Assembly: GCA_013239625.1 (NCBI GenBank)
Contig: MU053629.1
Span: 3,871,567-3,935,566 of the forward strand
Origin: Lama guanicoe
Taxonomy: Eukaryota
Reading direction: 5' to 3'
DNA length: 64,000 nucleotides
The translations under genes and the position numbers were made by a program. Under the pieces are notes generated by a model. The model made no database searches, had not been told where the DNA came from, and saw only the letters and a list, made by a program, of their open reading frames with translations. Below are positions 24,301 to 37,997 of the stretch, piece by piece; positions within the stretch are counted from its first letter, which is position 1; every line of letters begins with the position of its first letter.

Positions 24301-27300
24301 GGAGCTCCACAGCCCTGGGTGCACGTGGTATGGCTTTTGCAGGTTACCTTCTCGGAAGCCTTCTCTGGCCAGCCCCGCTTGGGGTGTCCAGTGGGTGTCT
24401 GCCCTCCTCTGTCAGCTCCCAGGAAGGAGGAGCCTTTGCACATACGCCTAGGTTGTGTGTGCCCACAGCATGGGCATCACCCCTGCCACGTTTGGCCTCT
24501 ATTTTAACTTGCTTCGCAGAGTCCTGGCTTTAGAGGGAGGCCTTACTGTTCACTAGCTGTGTGCTTTGGGGCAAGTTTCTTAACCTCTCTGAATCTTGTC
24601 TGTAAACGAGAGTGGTAATAATGTCCAGTTTGTTTGATTGCTGTGTAAACGAAAAGAGATAATATATGCCAGGTGCCTTGTGCTGTCTAGGAGGCTGCTG
24701 GGTGCCTGATAAGGGTGGGGGTCATTCTGAGTGTCACCGCAAGGTTGTACTGCCCTGCCATCTCCCCGATCACCCACAGGAGTGAACCGCGCAGTGGGGA
24801 ACGTTTGACCCCAACTATGCTTGACTCAGCTACGGTTGAATGAACTCCTTTTCTTCTGCCCACACTCTGGTTGGGGAAACTGAGGCCACCCTGAAGTTCC
24901 GCCTCCACTCGGTGACTCTTGGCAGATCCCGTGAGGGTGGCGTAGGAAACGTCTTTGGAGATTCAGGAACACACTGGATACATCAGTTGGTGAGCCAGGG
25001 AAATTAGCAGTAACGAGCTCATTTCGATAGCAATGAGCTGAGTCTCCCTCCAGCTGCCAGACATTTATGAGGCTGGCTGGGTGCCGGCGGCGGGAGGCCT
25101 CCAGTGGCCCTCATCCCTCTGCCTTCCGGCTGGAAATAATTCGTATTTAAAAAATAACAATAATAATAATTTAAAAAAATCGCCCTCTCCTCTGGTCTTC
25201 TGGTTCCTTTGGGTCCAGGTGGGGAGGGGGTGGATGCCCTTGCCCCGTGAACTCTGTGTGGGGCAGACAGGAAAGGATCTTGCAAGAGCTTTGGGTCCCT
25301 TTTTTTTTTTTCCCCCGCTTCGAGCCTCAGTTTCTCCATCTGTAAAATGAGGGAGGAGATTGATGGCGAGAGTGTGACTTTCAGATCCAGCCTCACATGG
25401 AAACCAGGGTCCCAGAGTTGGGTGTTTCCAGCCCTGCCCGGGAACCACCATCACCCACAGCACTGCTAAATGCAGACTCTCAGGCCTGGGCCTCCTGACT
25501 GAGGAGCTCCAGGGTAGGGTCTAGCAGTGGGGGCAGTTTTTAAAATTGAGATTAAATTCACATAACATAAAATTCACCAATTTTGAAGTGTACAGTTAAC
25601 TGGTTCTTGCTGTATTCTCAATGTTGTGCACCCATCACCACTAGGGAATTTCAGAAGGAATGCACACTTTGAACAAATGCCCCTAGAGATCCCAGTGCCA
25701 CCCGTCCCTCTGGGACTCCTGCTAGGTTCTGAGGCATTGATTTGAACCCTTGGGTACCAGGAGGTCAGGCTGCACCCTGCTTCAGTTCCCTGCTAAGAGA
25801 ATCAGGTGCTCAGGACCTCCGTGAATTAAGATGAGGGAGTCTCTGAGGAGAGGAGGCCAGACTCGGGGAGAAGCAGTCCTGTTTCCCCACAACTTTCCAG
25901 GGGAGCAGACGGCCTCTCCCCATCCCTGCCCAGTGTACCCACAGCCTGCAAGCTGCTGAGCAGTCATTTACTCATATCTGGTGACCCTTTAACCTCTGGC
26001 CTGGGGTTTTGGGGGGCAACTTGGGCAGCTTTGGGCTCACAGCCCAGATGCATACACAGTGATGGTCCATGAGGCTCCTCCCACCCCACGGATGCCTGTC
26101 CTCTTTCTCAGCCCACTCCTGGTGGGGATCGGTGTCCTCTTGCTGTCCTGATCAGGTACCCCTGCTCCAGACACTAGGGGCTGAGGCACTGTCCCTTGTA
26201 GTCCTGCCAATATCGCACCCTCCGAGAATTCCCTTCCAAGCAACTTGGGGCACCTGGAGACTCCCCCACCTTTGTGAGCCTCACAGAACCTGGAGGAGGG
26301 CAGTTACTTTAGCTCCTACCTTGTCAGTGAAAGGGATGAGTTCACTCCCCATGTGCCCTTAGCCCCCTGCAGCTGGCATGAGGCTTCGCCCTGGCTGAGG
26401 GCGTGTCTGGTGATCTTAGGCAGCGTCCCCCGCCCCTGCCACCACAAGAGTCTCCCCAGGCAGTGAGACGGTGCACAGGGTCCTCTGCGGCCCCACTGTC
26501 TGTGGTCTCAGGGCCCCACAGGGTGTCCAGCCAGCTTCCTCGGCAGTAATTGGTAGTCCCAAGGATGGGTCTTGGCCATGATGCTCTTGCTGGTTGACCC
26601 TTCCCCCGGGAAAGGGGTGGCCCCCTGGCTCTGTGCCCCTTCCTGATGCAGCTGGTGGTTCTCAGGTCACCCCTGGTGTCTCTGACCCTGTTCACAGTCG
26701 CACCCCTTCCGGAGCCCCCAGCCTTACTTAAGGAAGCCCAGCGGGATTGGTACATGTGGCCTTTGCTCGGGACTGCCCACTCGGCTCTCTGGCCCCAGCC
26801 CAGGCTCTGCTTCTGGCTTTGGGTGGGTGCGTATACTGAGTTCTCACCTGAATCCTCGGCCCTGAAATTCTTTTCCCTGGAGATCGCCCCCAGCCCCCCG
26901 ACCTGGAGGTCCTGCATTCTAGAGTGGCTGGCCCTCCGTGGTCAGCATGTGGTAGGGCCACACCCTGACTGTGTGACTTTTCCCTCTGTGGGCCTCAGTT
27001 TCCACATCAGGACATAACCGTGCCCTGCCCTTCCATGAGTCACTCCTGCCCCGGCTGTGGCAGCTGCCCAGGGAAGGCTGAGCGAATGCATGGACGCACC
27101 CACCAGCCAGAGACCCTGCAGGGCCTGTTCCTGTGAGATGCTGAGAGTCCCCTGCAGTGTGCAGTGAGAGGCTAGCAGCTGAGAGGTTGTATTCTTGGAA
27201 GGCTTGGTGGCTCCACGGTGGGGCAGATTTCTCCTAGCTTCCCACCCAACCCCCTGCTCCCAAACAATCCCACAAGGTTGACGTGGCCTGAGTTCTCTTG

Positions 27301-27564
27301 GGGTGGCTGGCAGTGCGGCTTGGATGGTAAGCAGAGGCCTCTGGGCTGACATGCAGTCAGTTTGTGCACCTGTAAAGTGGGTATCCATCTGAAAGGGCTT
27401 TTGTGGGTGTGGAATGGGATGGTGTATGCCAACAATTGCGCAGGTATTGTCTTCCTAGCGGTCAGTGTCACTGATGTCCTCCTCAGACAACAGAGCAAAG
27501 GAGGCTCCCACAGACATCAGATGGCATATTAGTGGTGGGGGAGGGGCAAGCCACGCCCCAATAG

Positions 27565-28180
27565 CATTTCCTTTTTTTCTTTTTTTTAAACTAATGCATG
27601 ATTAATGCAGAACATTTAGAAAACAAGAAAAGCACAAAGAAAAAGCAAATTACCATTAACTTTACCACCCTGACAGAAAATCATTATTATTATTTAACTA
27701 GCTTGGAATATTCATTTTCTTGTCATCTTTCTTAGCAAAACCTGGGAAGTAGAAATCCGCTATACACACGTATATACATATTTCCAGATGAAAAGAAGGA
27801 GCTGTAAAAAGTATATACAGCTGTTTGTAGTGCCCTGTTTTGCTCTTAGCAATATTGAGAACATCTCCTTAATTCAACATATATTCTGTGTGCTTTTTAA
27901 GGTGCGCTTAGCATTCCATTTCATGAATGTGCCATATTTACTGACCAGTCCCTCAGGGCCTGGACATTTAGGTTGTTGCAGTGATTTAAAAAAAATTTTT
28001 TTTATAACCATCATGAACATTGCCTCCTGGCGAGCATCCTCACGCGTATGTCTTTGTGCGCAACACTGGCTGGTTCCTTAGGATAAATTCCTAGAAGTGG
28101 GAATATTAGGTCAAAAGTCATGCACATTTAAGGTCAGAGTGCTCTCCGGAAAGGCTGTATCCGTTTTCTCTCCCAGCAGC
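27565..28180 (-). mobile_element. Old LINE-1 (L1ME/MC-like) fragment
   Basis: tggacatttaggttg...ttccttaggataaattcctagaagtgggaat. Confidence 0.75.
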
Positions 28181-31100
28181 CATGGAGGAGAGAGCCCGGA
28201 TCTTGTAACTCACAACCCTTTGCTATTTCCAAACCACGAGCCCAGAAAGAGTTGGAAAAAACAAAACAAAACAAAACCACCGTGCTGGGAGCGACTTCCT
28301 GCCAGAGGAAGGGAGGCATTTGGTAAATAGTCCACTCCCAGGTTTTGAGTGGATGCTCTGCCTCGGGCCGGGCCATTTGGGAGAAGAGAGCAGAGCTGAG
28401 ACCTCATCCCTGTCTCACACGGCTTCGCATCCACCTGGACAGGGAAGATGATGGCCACCTGAAAGGCCACGGGAGCGTGAGCCCAGGGCGTGTGACAAGT
28501 TCAGGCTCAGGGCAGGGCCACCACGGCGCCTTGGCCGTCCTGGCGTCTGGTTTGGGGCTCGCGGGGACTAGACCTGCAGTGAATGTTTGTCAAACAACAA
28601 AAAGCAGCTTGTTAGCAGCGGAAGCCGATGTGAGCTCTTTGAAGTAGGGTTTGAGTCTTGTTCACAGTCGGCTACACCCCGAGCCTAGAACCGTGTCCAT
28701 GCTCCATAAACACTGGCCGGGTGAACGAAGGCCCCGTGGGACAAGCGAATCCAAGAACGTGGCGCGAGGAGTGGTCCAGGTCTCTGCAAGAAGATGGATG
28801 AGCCGTCGTGCTGCTCGGACACCCCTCACCCCTCCCGTAGGTGCTGAAAGGCACTGGACAGGGAATCTGGGTGCCAGTTTCATGCCCTGGCTCCTGTGTG
28901 ACCGGCGCGGTTGCCGCACTGTCTGAGCCTCAGTTTCTTAAGGGACTAGACTTTGTTCCCGGGGGCCCCCTTATGGCTCTCAGGCCAGGAATCTGGGAGC
29001 CCATGGTCAGGATAGGGGCGGGGAGGTGTCAGTTGGCAAGACTCTGGCCCCACACATCCAGCAAGAAGGGGGTTCCCCCCCCCCGGGTGACCTCTGGGTG
29101 GAGGGCAGCTGCCGTCCAACCCTAGTCTCTGCCATTGTCTCCCACCTCATCCCTCCACAGGGCCCTGGAGGTAGCTGGTGGCACTCCCCTGGGGAGAGGA
29201 TATGGAAATAAGGTGATGGCCCTTCCCCCAAGGTGCCCCTATGTTTTGAATAAGGTTGTGGATTGTTTATTTAAGAGAGAAGAGGCCCCAGCCAAATATC
29301 CTGCTTTTAAAATCCAGAGCTCCAGCCCCTGGCCCTCGAGCCCCACCCCTCTGACCCAGGAGGCCCCTCTTTTGCAGCCCCCAGGCTGGCATGCCTTCTG
29401 CCCCTCAACTTGACTCCCCCATGCCCCAGCATCTCCAGCAGCTCCTGGTGGCTCCCTTCTCCCTCCTGTCCTGTCCTCTCCACTCCTTTGCCTGAATTTC
29501 CCCTTTGCTCCAGCTAAGAGAAGGGCTTCCTACTCGAGGGGGCACTTTTACTTTGGCAAAACACTTTCCCATCTTGAACTTGTATCTTCAGGGACTGAAT
29601 GCTGAATCCATTTTGTTGATGGGGACACTAAGCACCAGAAAAGTGAAGCCCCTTGCTCAGGGCACGTGGTGTATCAGCAGCCTAGCATGGGACAGGGAGT
29701 CAGGCTGGGGAAGCTGGGGTTCCAGCCCAGCCTCTGCCTCCAGCTTGCTGTGTGACCTCAGACAAGTCCCATTCCCTCTCTGGGCCTCAGCTCGCTCATT
29801 CACAGAGCGAGTGGATGATCTCTTGAGTGCCCTTCCACCTCTGCTTCTCTGTCACTAGGTGAGGATCACATGATAAGAAGTGGGGAGGCCCCTTGTTGTG
29901 TCTCTGGGGCCTACTGGCACCCCTACCCCTCCCTTGTGCCCCACTTCCCTCAGCCAGTTTGGAGCCAGAGACAAAGGCCTGCTCTGGGCGGAAGGTGCGG
30001 CCAGTGGGGATGTGTGCTGGTGCCTGGCTGGCGGGCCCTGATAAGAGGCCAAGCGAGGCTCCCCGTGGATCAGCTGGAGGTGCTGGGGGCTGGGGGAGAC
30101 AGGGCAGGCTGGCACTGGTCTCACCGGCCTCTGCCCTGCCCACACCCTCTGGGGCCTCAGACAGGTGAGAGGTTTCAGGACACACGCCGAGAGGAAGGGC
30201 CTCCATCTGCTCTGCAGTGTTGGTGACTCTTGTCCTATTGTGTGTTTGCAAGCCTGGGAGTTTTCTGGCCTTAACAAACCTGGGAATCTTCAAAAGGCCA
30301 TGTGACGCTGGGGCTCTCCCGGTATGTGGGACAACGTGTGGGATGGGACGTGTGTGGTTTCTGGAAGTTAAAGGTCTCCCTTCCCGGCGAGCCAGCTCTT
30401 TGTTCCACATCCTCAAGGACCCTGACTTCAGCCTATTGTTCCTGCTGCTGACACAGAGGCTCCGAGTTCCTCTCTGGACTTGTGCTGGGGCAGGGGGTTC
30501 CTGGTGTTGGTGGCGTGGCGGGGGGGTGGCTGCGGGCTGGGATCTGTGCATACCTGCTTATGAAAAATCATTCGCACGCTCAGGGAAAACATCATTTGGG
30601 GACACCCTCTTGGCTGTGTGGGCGACTGAGATGGTGACCGCCGATGCTCTTGTATCTTGAGTTTTGTCAGCCTGAGGCTGGACCACTTAGAGCTGTGGCC
30701 GGTTTTGTTGTCCTTGGTGGGTGTGCTAATTAAACTGCTCAGGCGGCCGGTCAAGGATGAGGTTTAGTTTGACGGTGGGGGATGGAGGTAGCGCAGAGAG
30801 GGCTCACTTCTGGATGTGACCGTTATGGTGGAAGTGAATGCAGCAGGTCCCCCCAGAGTGGCTTCATGGGGCATTCGAGTCAAAGTGTGAAGAACTGAAT
30901 TCTTCAGAGTTGGGAGGGTGATCCCAGGATGCACAGACATTGGCTCTGAAGGGTTAATCTTGTTTTAAAATAAAAGTGAGGGAGGGTGTATTTAAGCTAT
31001 GCATTTGGACATTTAGTATGTCAGTTATTGGTATAACAGTGCTAATATGCAAAATTCCTTCTGGCCTGATTTGCAATTGACTAAGAACAACCCAGCTGAT

Positions 31101-31979
31101 CCAGTTGGTCTTCCCCGAGAGGATCCAGCCAGGAAGACAGAACTTCTTAGCTTGGCTCGATGGTGGGGAGACTGAGGCTTGGCAAGTTGCACAGTTTGCT
31201 GAGGGCATGCCAGTGGGGTGTGGATGGGCCCGGGGTCTCTGGCTGCCAAGGCCTGGCCCTTGCCACCACACCTGCCCTTGACTTGAGAGCCTCCTCTGCC
31301 CCTGCTAACTAGTTCGTCCTTGACTGGGGCCCCCTCGGTCAGAGGGAAGCTCTGGCCACACTCCTCAACTTCCCCGTGGGGGACCCAGCCTGCCTGTCCC
31401 AGCTGGTCTCTGAGGGTCCCTGGCCCCGTCTTCTTGGCTGTTCCCTGCGAGTAGAGGGGTCTCATGGTCAGGGGGCTGGAGATGCTGTTTACAGATCCCA
31501 CTGGGCCATGGCCACCTCCCCATCTGCCCACCAGCATTGCTTCTTCACCTGGAGATCTATTCACAGACAGTTCTTAATTCCAGATTAGCTTTCCCTCGAC
31601 ACTGTGGTTTCCCCCTTAGTCATATATGTACATAGTAAAAGTTGAAAATGAGCAGCGTAAACTTGACAGAGGTTGGGCTGCAGGGCACATGCAGGGGACT
31701 TGGGGGTCATCAGACGTCAGGGGTTATCTGTGGTGGCGACTGCTGGTCCAGCCACCATTTCCTCCGAGGGCTGACTGCAGCCGTCTGTCCTGTGTGGGAA
31801 CCACTAACTCACCCTTCTCACCCCTGCAGCGGTGGCCTAAAGTTTCCCGAGAGCCCTTTGGTTCCCCCGCCTCTGCCCTATCACAAGGCGGTGTTTTGTG
31901 GGGGGCACACAGCCACCCCCCCATATCCTAACTTGCCCCACTGCAGCCAGACCCCTCCCCGAACCACGAATCCTGCCGG

Positions 31980-32610
31980 GGCTCCATAAATCACCCTAAG
32001 AGCACATTCCTTAGGGGATTTGTAAAATAATCAAAATATTTGGGGAAAAGACCTTAAGATTACTTATGGCTATTAGTGGGATCCATATATTTTGGCACCA
32101 AGCATGGCTTAATTGGAAAAATATGTGAACTTGGTGATTTCTTTCTTTCCATCTTTTTTTAAAATTTTTTTATAAGGAGTAGGCCCAGAGAGAAGAGTGG
32201 TTAGGAAAAAAACCAGGGAGGAATTGAATATCAAAAGGATTTGTGTGGAGGAGCTGTTTACAGAGTTGTGGAAAATATAATGCTAAATGGAAAGTCAGCC
32301 CTGCCTATATAGTCCGGGATTATTAATAGAACGGAGTTACCAGGCACATAATGAACCTTTTAAGAGACCTGGGACAACTTTCCCCGTTGCAAAACAAGTT
32401 TCCTTCGAATAGCACCATTCACGCAGCTAAGGGCATTGGGTTACAACAATAAATAAAAATGAACAGTGCCCTGAGAAATTTAAGGAATGCACAAACGATT
32501 CAGTGATTTAGTATGAGAAAACACCACTTAAACATTTAATTGAATCGCGTACTTTCATCTTTAAAACGTGAGCGTTTGAACTGCCACCTGGGTCTCTCGC
32601 TTTCCCTTCA
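31980..32610. promoter_or_regulatory. AT-rich, repeat-free candidate enhancer
   Basis: PBX-HOX site CCATAAATCA at 31984-31993, several TAAT cores, ACAAT SOX-like motif. Confidence 0.45.
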
Positions 32611-33873
32611 TTAGATGGCGAGGCTCCTTGGGGGGAGGGGTCACACGGCTGCCCCTCCCCGGGTTTTTCCCCTTCCCTGCTGCGCCCTCACTCTCTCTAG
32701 CCCGGAGATCATCAGGAAAAGGAGACTGGCTGGGAGTTTCCTTGTGAAGCTATAGGGAGAGGCCTGTTATGGGATGTGTTTTTCCAAAAGCTTTATTTGC
32801 CCGGATTTGGTGTGCGCTTTGAAGCCCTGGGTCAGTCCACCGTCCCTCCTGGAGACTCAGTCTCCCCTCTGTTTACAGAGGGACCTTTGTCACAGTGCCC
32901 GTGCCTGGTGCCCAGTCTGATTCAGTGGGTTCCCCAGGTGCTCATGTCGTGTCTTCCTGGTTAAAACTTGCCGGAGTCGGAGCTCCTGGGGGCCCTTCCT
33001 GGTGTAGCAAACCAGAGGGCGGGGACAGAGTGACCACGTGGTCCTGGCGCTGCGCACTGCCTCACTGAATCCTCTGGTGTCTAGAGGCTTCTCGATTTTA
33101 ATTGCAGGAGGTGGGCTGGGCTGATACCTGCCAGAGGAGGCCTGACCCCAGGTGATGTCCTGGAGCTAAGTCTCTTGTGTGTGGACAATGATTCCGAGTT
33201 GCCCGGACAGTGAAGCCGCCCTGCCAGGTTGGATTTGGCGTCCAAGAGAGAAAGGGGAGATCACGGGTCTGCAGCACAGCTTCCAAACCTGGCCAGTTGC
33301 TGTTGTTCAAGGTTAATGTGTACACCTGGGAAGCACACATGGGCACCCAGTCAAATGTACACTGTGGCCAGGGCTCCTGGTCTTTCCTCGGAGATTAACC
33401 AGTGGCCCTTTTTTGATTTCTTTCATGTCTGGGGCACATAGCTGAGTTGCTATGGGGGACGCAGAGGGGCTCCCCTCAACCCTGACTTTGAGGAGCTTGT
33501 AATCTGTTTTCACACTAAGACAGAAGAGCCAAAATTCAGTAAGACCCATAACCTTTATCCAGATGCCTGGAAAAAAAACCCTGCTACCAGATTCCTCCCT
33601 CTTTCTGTGAACTGTTTTAAGTCTCATCTCCCAGCTAGACCGGGGACTCTCCGGGACAAGGACGAGTATTCCATGTGACCGCTCAGTGAGTGAGCCACCT
33701 CATGTTCATTGTGCTCCATTTACCGGCCCCTCCTGGGAACCCAGTCTGTCTGGTGCTGGGTTGCAAGGCAGGGAAGACCCAGCCGCGGTTCTCACAGCAC
33801 TTCCCGTCTCTCTAGGAACTTGAGCTTGGGAATGGCTCCCATCCCTACGATTAGTTTGGTGCCAACGCAAGGT

Positions 33874-34296
33874 TTTCTTACTTTGGGGGTTCCCGGAAGC
33901 AGACCCTGAGACAGAAATTTGAGTGCCTGATTTATTGGGGGCGGGGGTTGCCCAGGAAACAGTGGGGAAGGGAAGGCAGGAGGCCAGCGCAGGGAGCATT
34001 ATATGAAGCCAGTGACCTCTGGGGGCACTTGGAGTGGAATCCTGCTGGGGACTTTGGGAAACACCTCAGAGTCCCGTCCCCCCCCGCTCCTTTGAGGGGT
34101 GAGGGAGCTAGGGTACTAATCCATCACTCCTAGGGTGTGCCATTCCTGGTACTTCCCAGCTCTCGCAGAGCAAGCCCCCACAGCCAGGGCATGTCCCTGG
34201 GCAAGAGCAGGTGCTGGCGTTTGGAAGCTGGGCCACGCCCAGAATTGTTGCGGGCTGTGGGGATGTGGGCAGAGCACCAACGGGGGTGTTCGTGCA
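33874..34296 (-). mobile_element. LTR16C-like (ERVL) solo LTR
   Basis: cttactttgggggttcccggaagcagaccctgagaca...gggatgtgggcagagcaccaac. Confidence 0.7.
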
Positions 34297-37200
34297 ATTC
34301 ATTCACCCAGTCTTTGTTGGGCTCCCTCCATGACCCAGCCTGACGGTGGCCCTGAGACCCTGTCTCGGCTTCCTGGAGCCGTAGTTTGTTCTCAGCGAAG
34401 GAGAGCCTAACGGGCCCCTGCGCTCTGGAGGGCAAGTGCTGAGATGGGCCCTGTGTGTGTGCTTGTCTGGGTGAGAGTGCTTTGCACATTGTTGAGTTCT
34501 GTTCTGCAGGGGTCAGAGGATGATGGTGGGTGAGCACAGCTCTGCATCAAGGGCTCAGACCATCTTACTCCAGAATCAGAAGACAGGCCCAGTCGGTATC
34601 CCTTGACTGGGCTGTGACCTTGACCTTGCCGGCTGCCTGTGAGCTGTAAGTGGTACCCAGATGCAGGGCTCAGTCTGCTGCCTGGCACAAAGATGCTCAA
34701 GAAATGGTCAAGCCCGCTCCCATCCCTTACAGGCTGATAGTGCGTCCCTCCACCCACCCCACAGGCCATCCTGTGGTCGGCGGGAAGGGATCTGTTGCTG
34801 CCTCTCTCAGAATAGGAAACTGAGGCTCATAGATCGAAGTCCGGGCCTCCTGAGCCCCTGGGCCATGCTGCTTTCCTGACGTGACCGGCGCGTGACAAGG
34901 TCAAAGCAAATCACAGAGCCAGCCTGGGAGCGAGGAGGAGAGAGGCCAGCTGTGTGCCCTGGCTGCGGCACTCACCAGTCTTGAGCAGATCCTTGCATCG
35001 GGGTATTTAGCTCCTGATCTGTGCACACTGCGTCCTCAGCGCCTTGACCGTGCTGGGCACGGAGCGGGATGTTGGGGCCGGAGGGGCTTTGGCGGTCAGC
35101 CAGCCCAAACCTTTGTTTTGTTGGGAAGAGGAAACAGTCCCAGAGACACCACTGACTTCCCCGAGTCACAGTGACTTATTGACGACCAGAACTGCAGCCA
35201 GGTCCTGGCTGGCCAGCGTGCTTTCTTCCTCCTCCTTCCGTAGGAAGCTGCTATGTAAAGTATGTTTTATTATAGTTGCTTATAAACATAATAAAAATCC
35301 CTTACATTTCATGGTGCCTTTAAAAAAAAGTGGTTTACCACCCAGCTTTTCACTTGCTCTTTAGGAAACCCATTGAGGGGCAAACAGGCATCACCCATTT
35401 TCAAGCTGGAGTAATTGAGGCCTGGGAAGCTTGCTGGGCCCTGGAGACTCCCAGGGCTTGGTCTTTCTGCCATACTCAGACTCTGGTGGGTCAGGACGGC
35501 CAGGGACAGTGCCCGAAGCCTTGGCTGTGAAGTACCCTCCCCACTTTCTGACAGATCGCAGACCTTATTGGGGGACGGCTTCTGCGGAGAGAGCCCCAGG
35601 CCAGTGCTCAGAAGGCTGGGGTTCAAGGTCACCTCTAGCCCTGGCCCTGGCTTGCTGTGTCACTGCGGGAAGTCACATCACCTTTGTGCTTTGAGTTCAC
35701 CCCACCAGCTCTGGCCTCTTCCCTCAATGGGAAGCAGACACCTAATTAAAAATTTACAAACAGAAATCTTTATTATAAAAACCTGAACAGATTGCTCTGG
35801 GATCCCAGCAGGGTTGCCTAGGTGAGTGTGGGAAGGCTTCACGGAGGAGGTGACATTTAGCCCTGAGCTGGGGACAGTGAGGGACACTCCAGGGAGAAGG
35901 TGTAGGGGGATGGCAGTAGCGTTTGCCAAACAGGTACCACGTGTGCTGTGTACTGACTTGTTGACTTCTCACGACGAGCACCTGGAAAGGTTGTTTTTTA
36001 ATTATTGCCATTTTGCCAATGAGGTCATTGGGCCCCAGAGAGGGGAGATCGTTTGTTTGGGGTCACATGGAGTGGGTTTAAAGCCCTTGTCTTCCTTCCA
36101 CCTCTCCACAGCCTCCTGTGCCACTGCCACAAAGGCCCGGAGGCCTGATCAGACCTTCCCACCACTTTCAGGATTTGAGATCTGCAAAAGGTGATGAGGC
36201 TGAGTGGTCCTGTAAAACAGTGTGCGCAGGGTGGGAGTGGCCATCCCAGTGCCCACCTCAGTACCAGCAGCCTCGTCCCCTGCCCTGCCCGTGTATCATC
36301 CCAGCTGCGGGATCTGGGCAGAGTTGGGCCTTCTGTGAGTCAGCCATCTCCAGGGGGCCCCAGGGGCTCCTCCCTGTTCCCAGATCCTTCAGTACAGCCC
36401 CCCAGGCACCGTCTCTCCACCTCTGCCCTCTTCTTGCCTCGGCTCCCTGGGGAGGCCTCCGACCTGCACCAGGGCCAGGCAGGCATGGCCAGGGTGGCCT
36501 CGGCGTGCCTGCTCCCCTCCCAAATCTCTAGGTGGCCTTTTTAAGGGTCCTGGCTTGTGGGCCTGGAACATAAGGGGTCACTCAGCTCAAGATTTCATTG
36601 CACAGATGGGGTGGCCGAGGCTCTGAGAAGGGGAGGGACTTGCATAAGGGCACACTGTATTAGGGGCTGGGCCAGAGCTCCTGGTGATCCCTGGCGAGGA
36701 GTGACCGTGGTGGACCCTGTGGCCCTCCGCCACGCCGGGATGGCTGGCGGAATCCTTTATGTGCTCCCCGCCTTACACAGCTCGGGCCCCTGACCCCAAA
36801 GAGCCTCACGAACTTGAGATGGAAACTTAGAATCTTTTTCTCCTCTTGCTGCAAGGGCTTCATTACTCTGTCGGAGATTTGTGGGGACAGGGCCTTGCTG
36901 GGGGAAAGCGCACCAGCCGGGTGACGCTGGGCCTCCGTTCCCTCGCCCAGCTTCCTGGCACTGCCCGCCTTCCCCATCGGAGGGCGCTAATGGCAGCTTG
37001 TGGGATGCTCTGGAGTTTCAAGCTCTGGGGTCAAATGTCAGCCCCGCCACACTCACCGTGGGTGGTCATGAGCTCATTTGTCCTCCTCTGTAAAAGCAGG
37101 GGTGATGGTAGCCCTACCTCAGGGGGCTGAGTTAATAACACACAGGGAGGAGATGCCCCATGAATGGGCGATATTGTTATCTGGTCCTCAGAGACAAGGG

Positions 37201-37997
37201 AATGTCTTTCATCCCTCCTGTCTCCCCATCTGACTCTCTCGTGTTCTCCGGACTCGCTCAGTCACTCTTACTGAGTGGCTTCTTGCTCATGCGCTCCTTA
37301 AATTAAGGCAGGAATCAAGCTCAAACTCAAACTTGCAAAAGGGTCAGAGTTTGCTGGGGGCTTCAGGTGACACTGACTGTGGAGTAGGTGGGTCCTCGCT
37401 GCGCTGCTGGGAGACTTGGCTGCAGTTTGCACAAAGCAGGGGTTCACACCCACTTCTTCCCTGAATCTCCCACCGGCACACGAGCATGCGCAGATCACCC
37501 AGATCCCTGGAGTGATGTACAGCTGATGGTACCTGGTAGGAGTACCAGTAGGAGCTGGTGGGAGCTCAGTAAATGCATGTGCCTATTTTATTTTCTGTCC
37601 TTCAGCGATGAGGTGACCAGGTGGGTGTCTTCCATGCTGGGCATTATAGTAAGTGCCTACTAGCTGTTCAGCGCAGCACTGGGCATTTTACAGAGTGTTC
37701 TTATAACCTGTAATCCTTAAAACAATTTTGGGTGGAGAGGGTATAGTTAATTATAATCCCCATTTTACAGGTAGGTTCACTGAGGCTCAGAGAAAAGGTA
37801 CACGTCAAATTAAGGTAACAATACAGGGGTTAAAACTTAATCTGAGACAACAGTGCAGAGGACAAGATGGGGCCCTGTGGCTTCCTGCAGAGGTAGCAGT
37901 GGGGAGGGGGAAACAGGGGAAGGCTCTGTGATTTAGGGGTGCAATGTGTCTCACCTCACTAAGGAGGTAAGACTTTAGTTGGGATAGGCTGGCTTTT

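Noticed and set aside
28520..28550. GGCGCC and GGCGTCT as a classical BMP-responsive element
   Set aside because: The GTCT is not at the 5-nt spacing of the GRCGNC-N5-GTCT consensus, and I found no exact match by eye at the other GGCGCC sites either.
29796..30551. 251-aa antisense ORF
   Set aside because: No recognisable domain; composition typical of GC-rich non-coding DNA.
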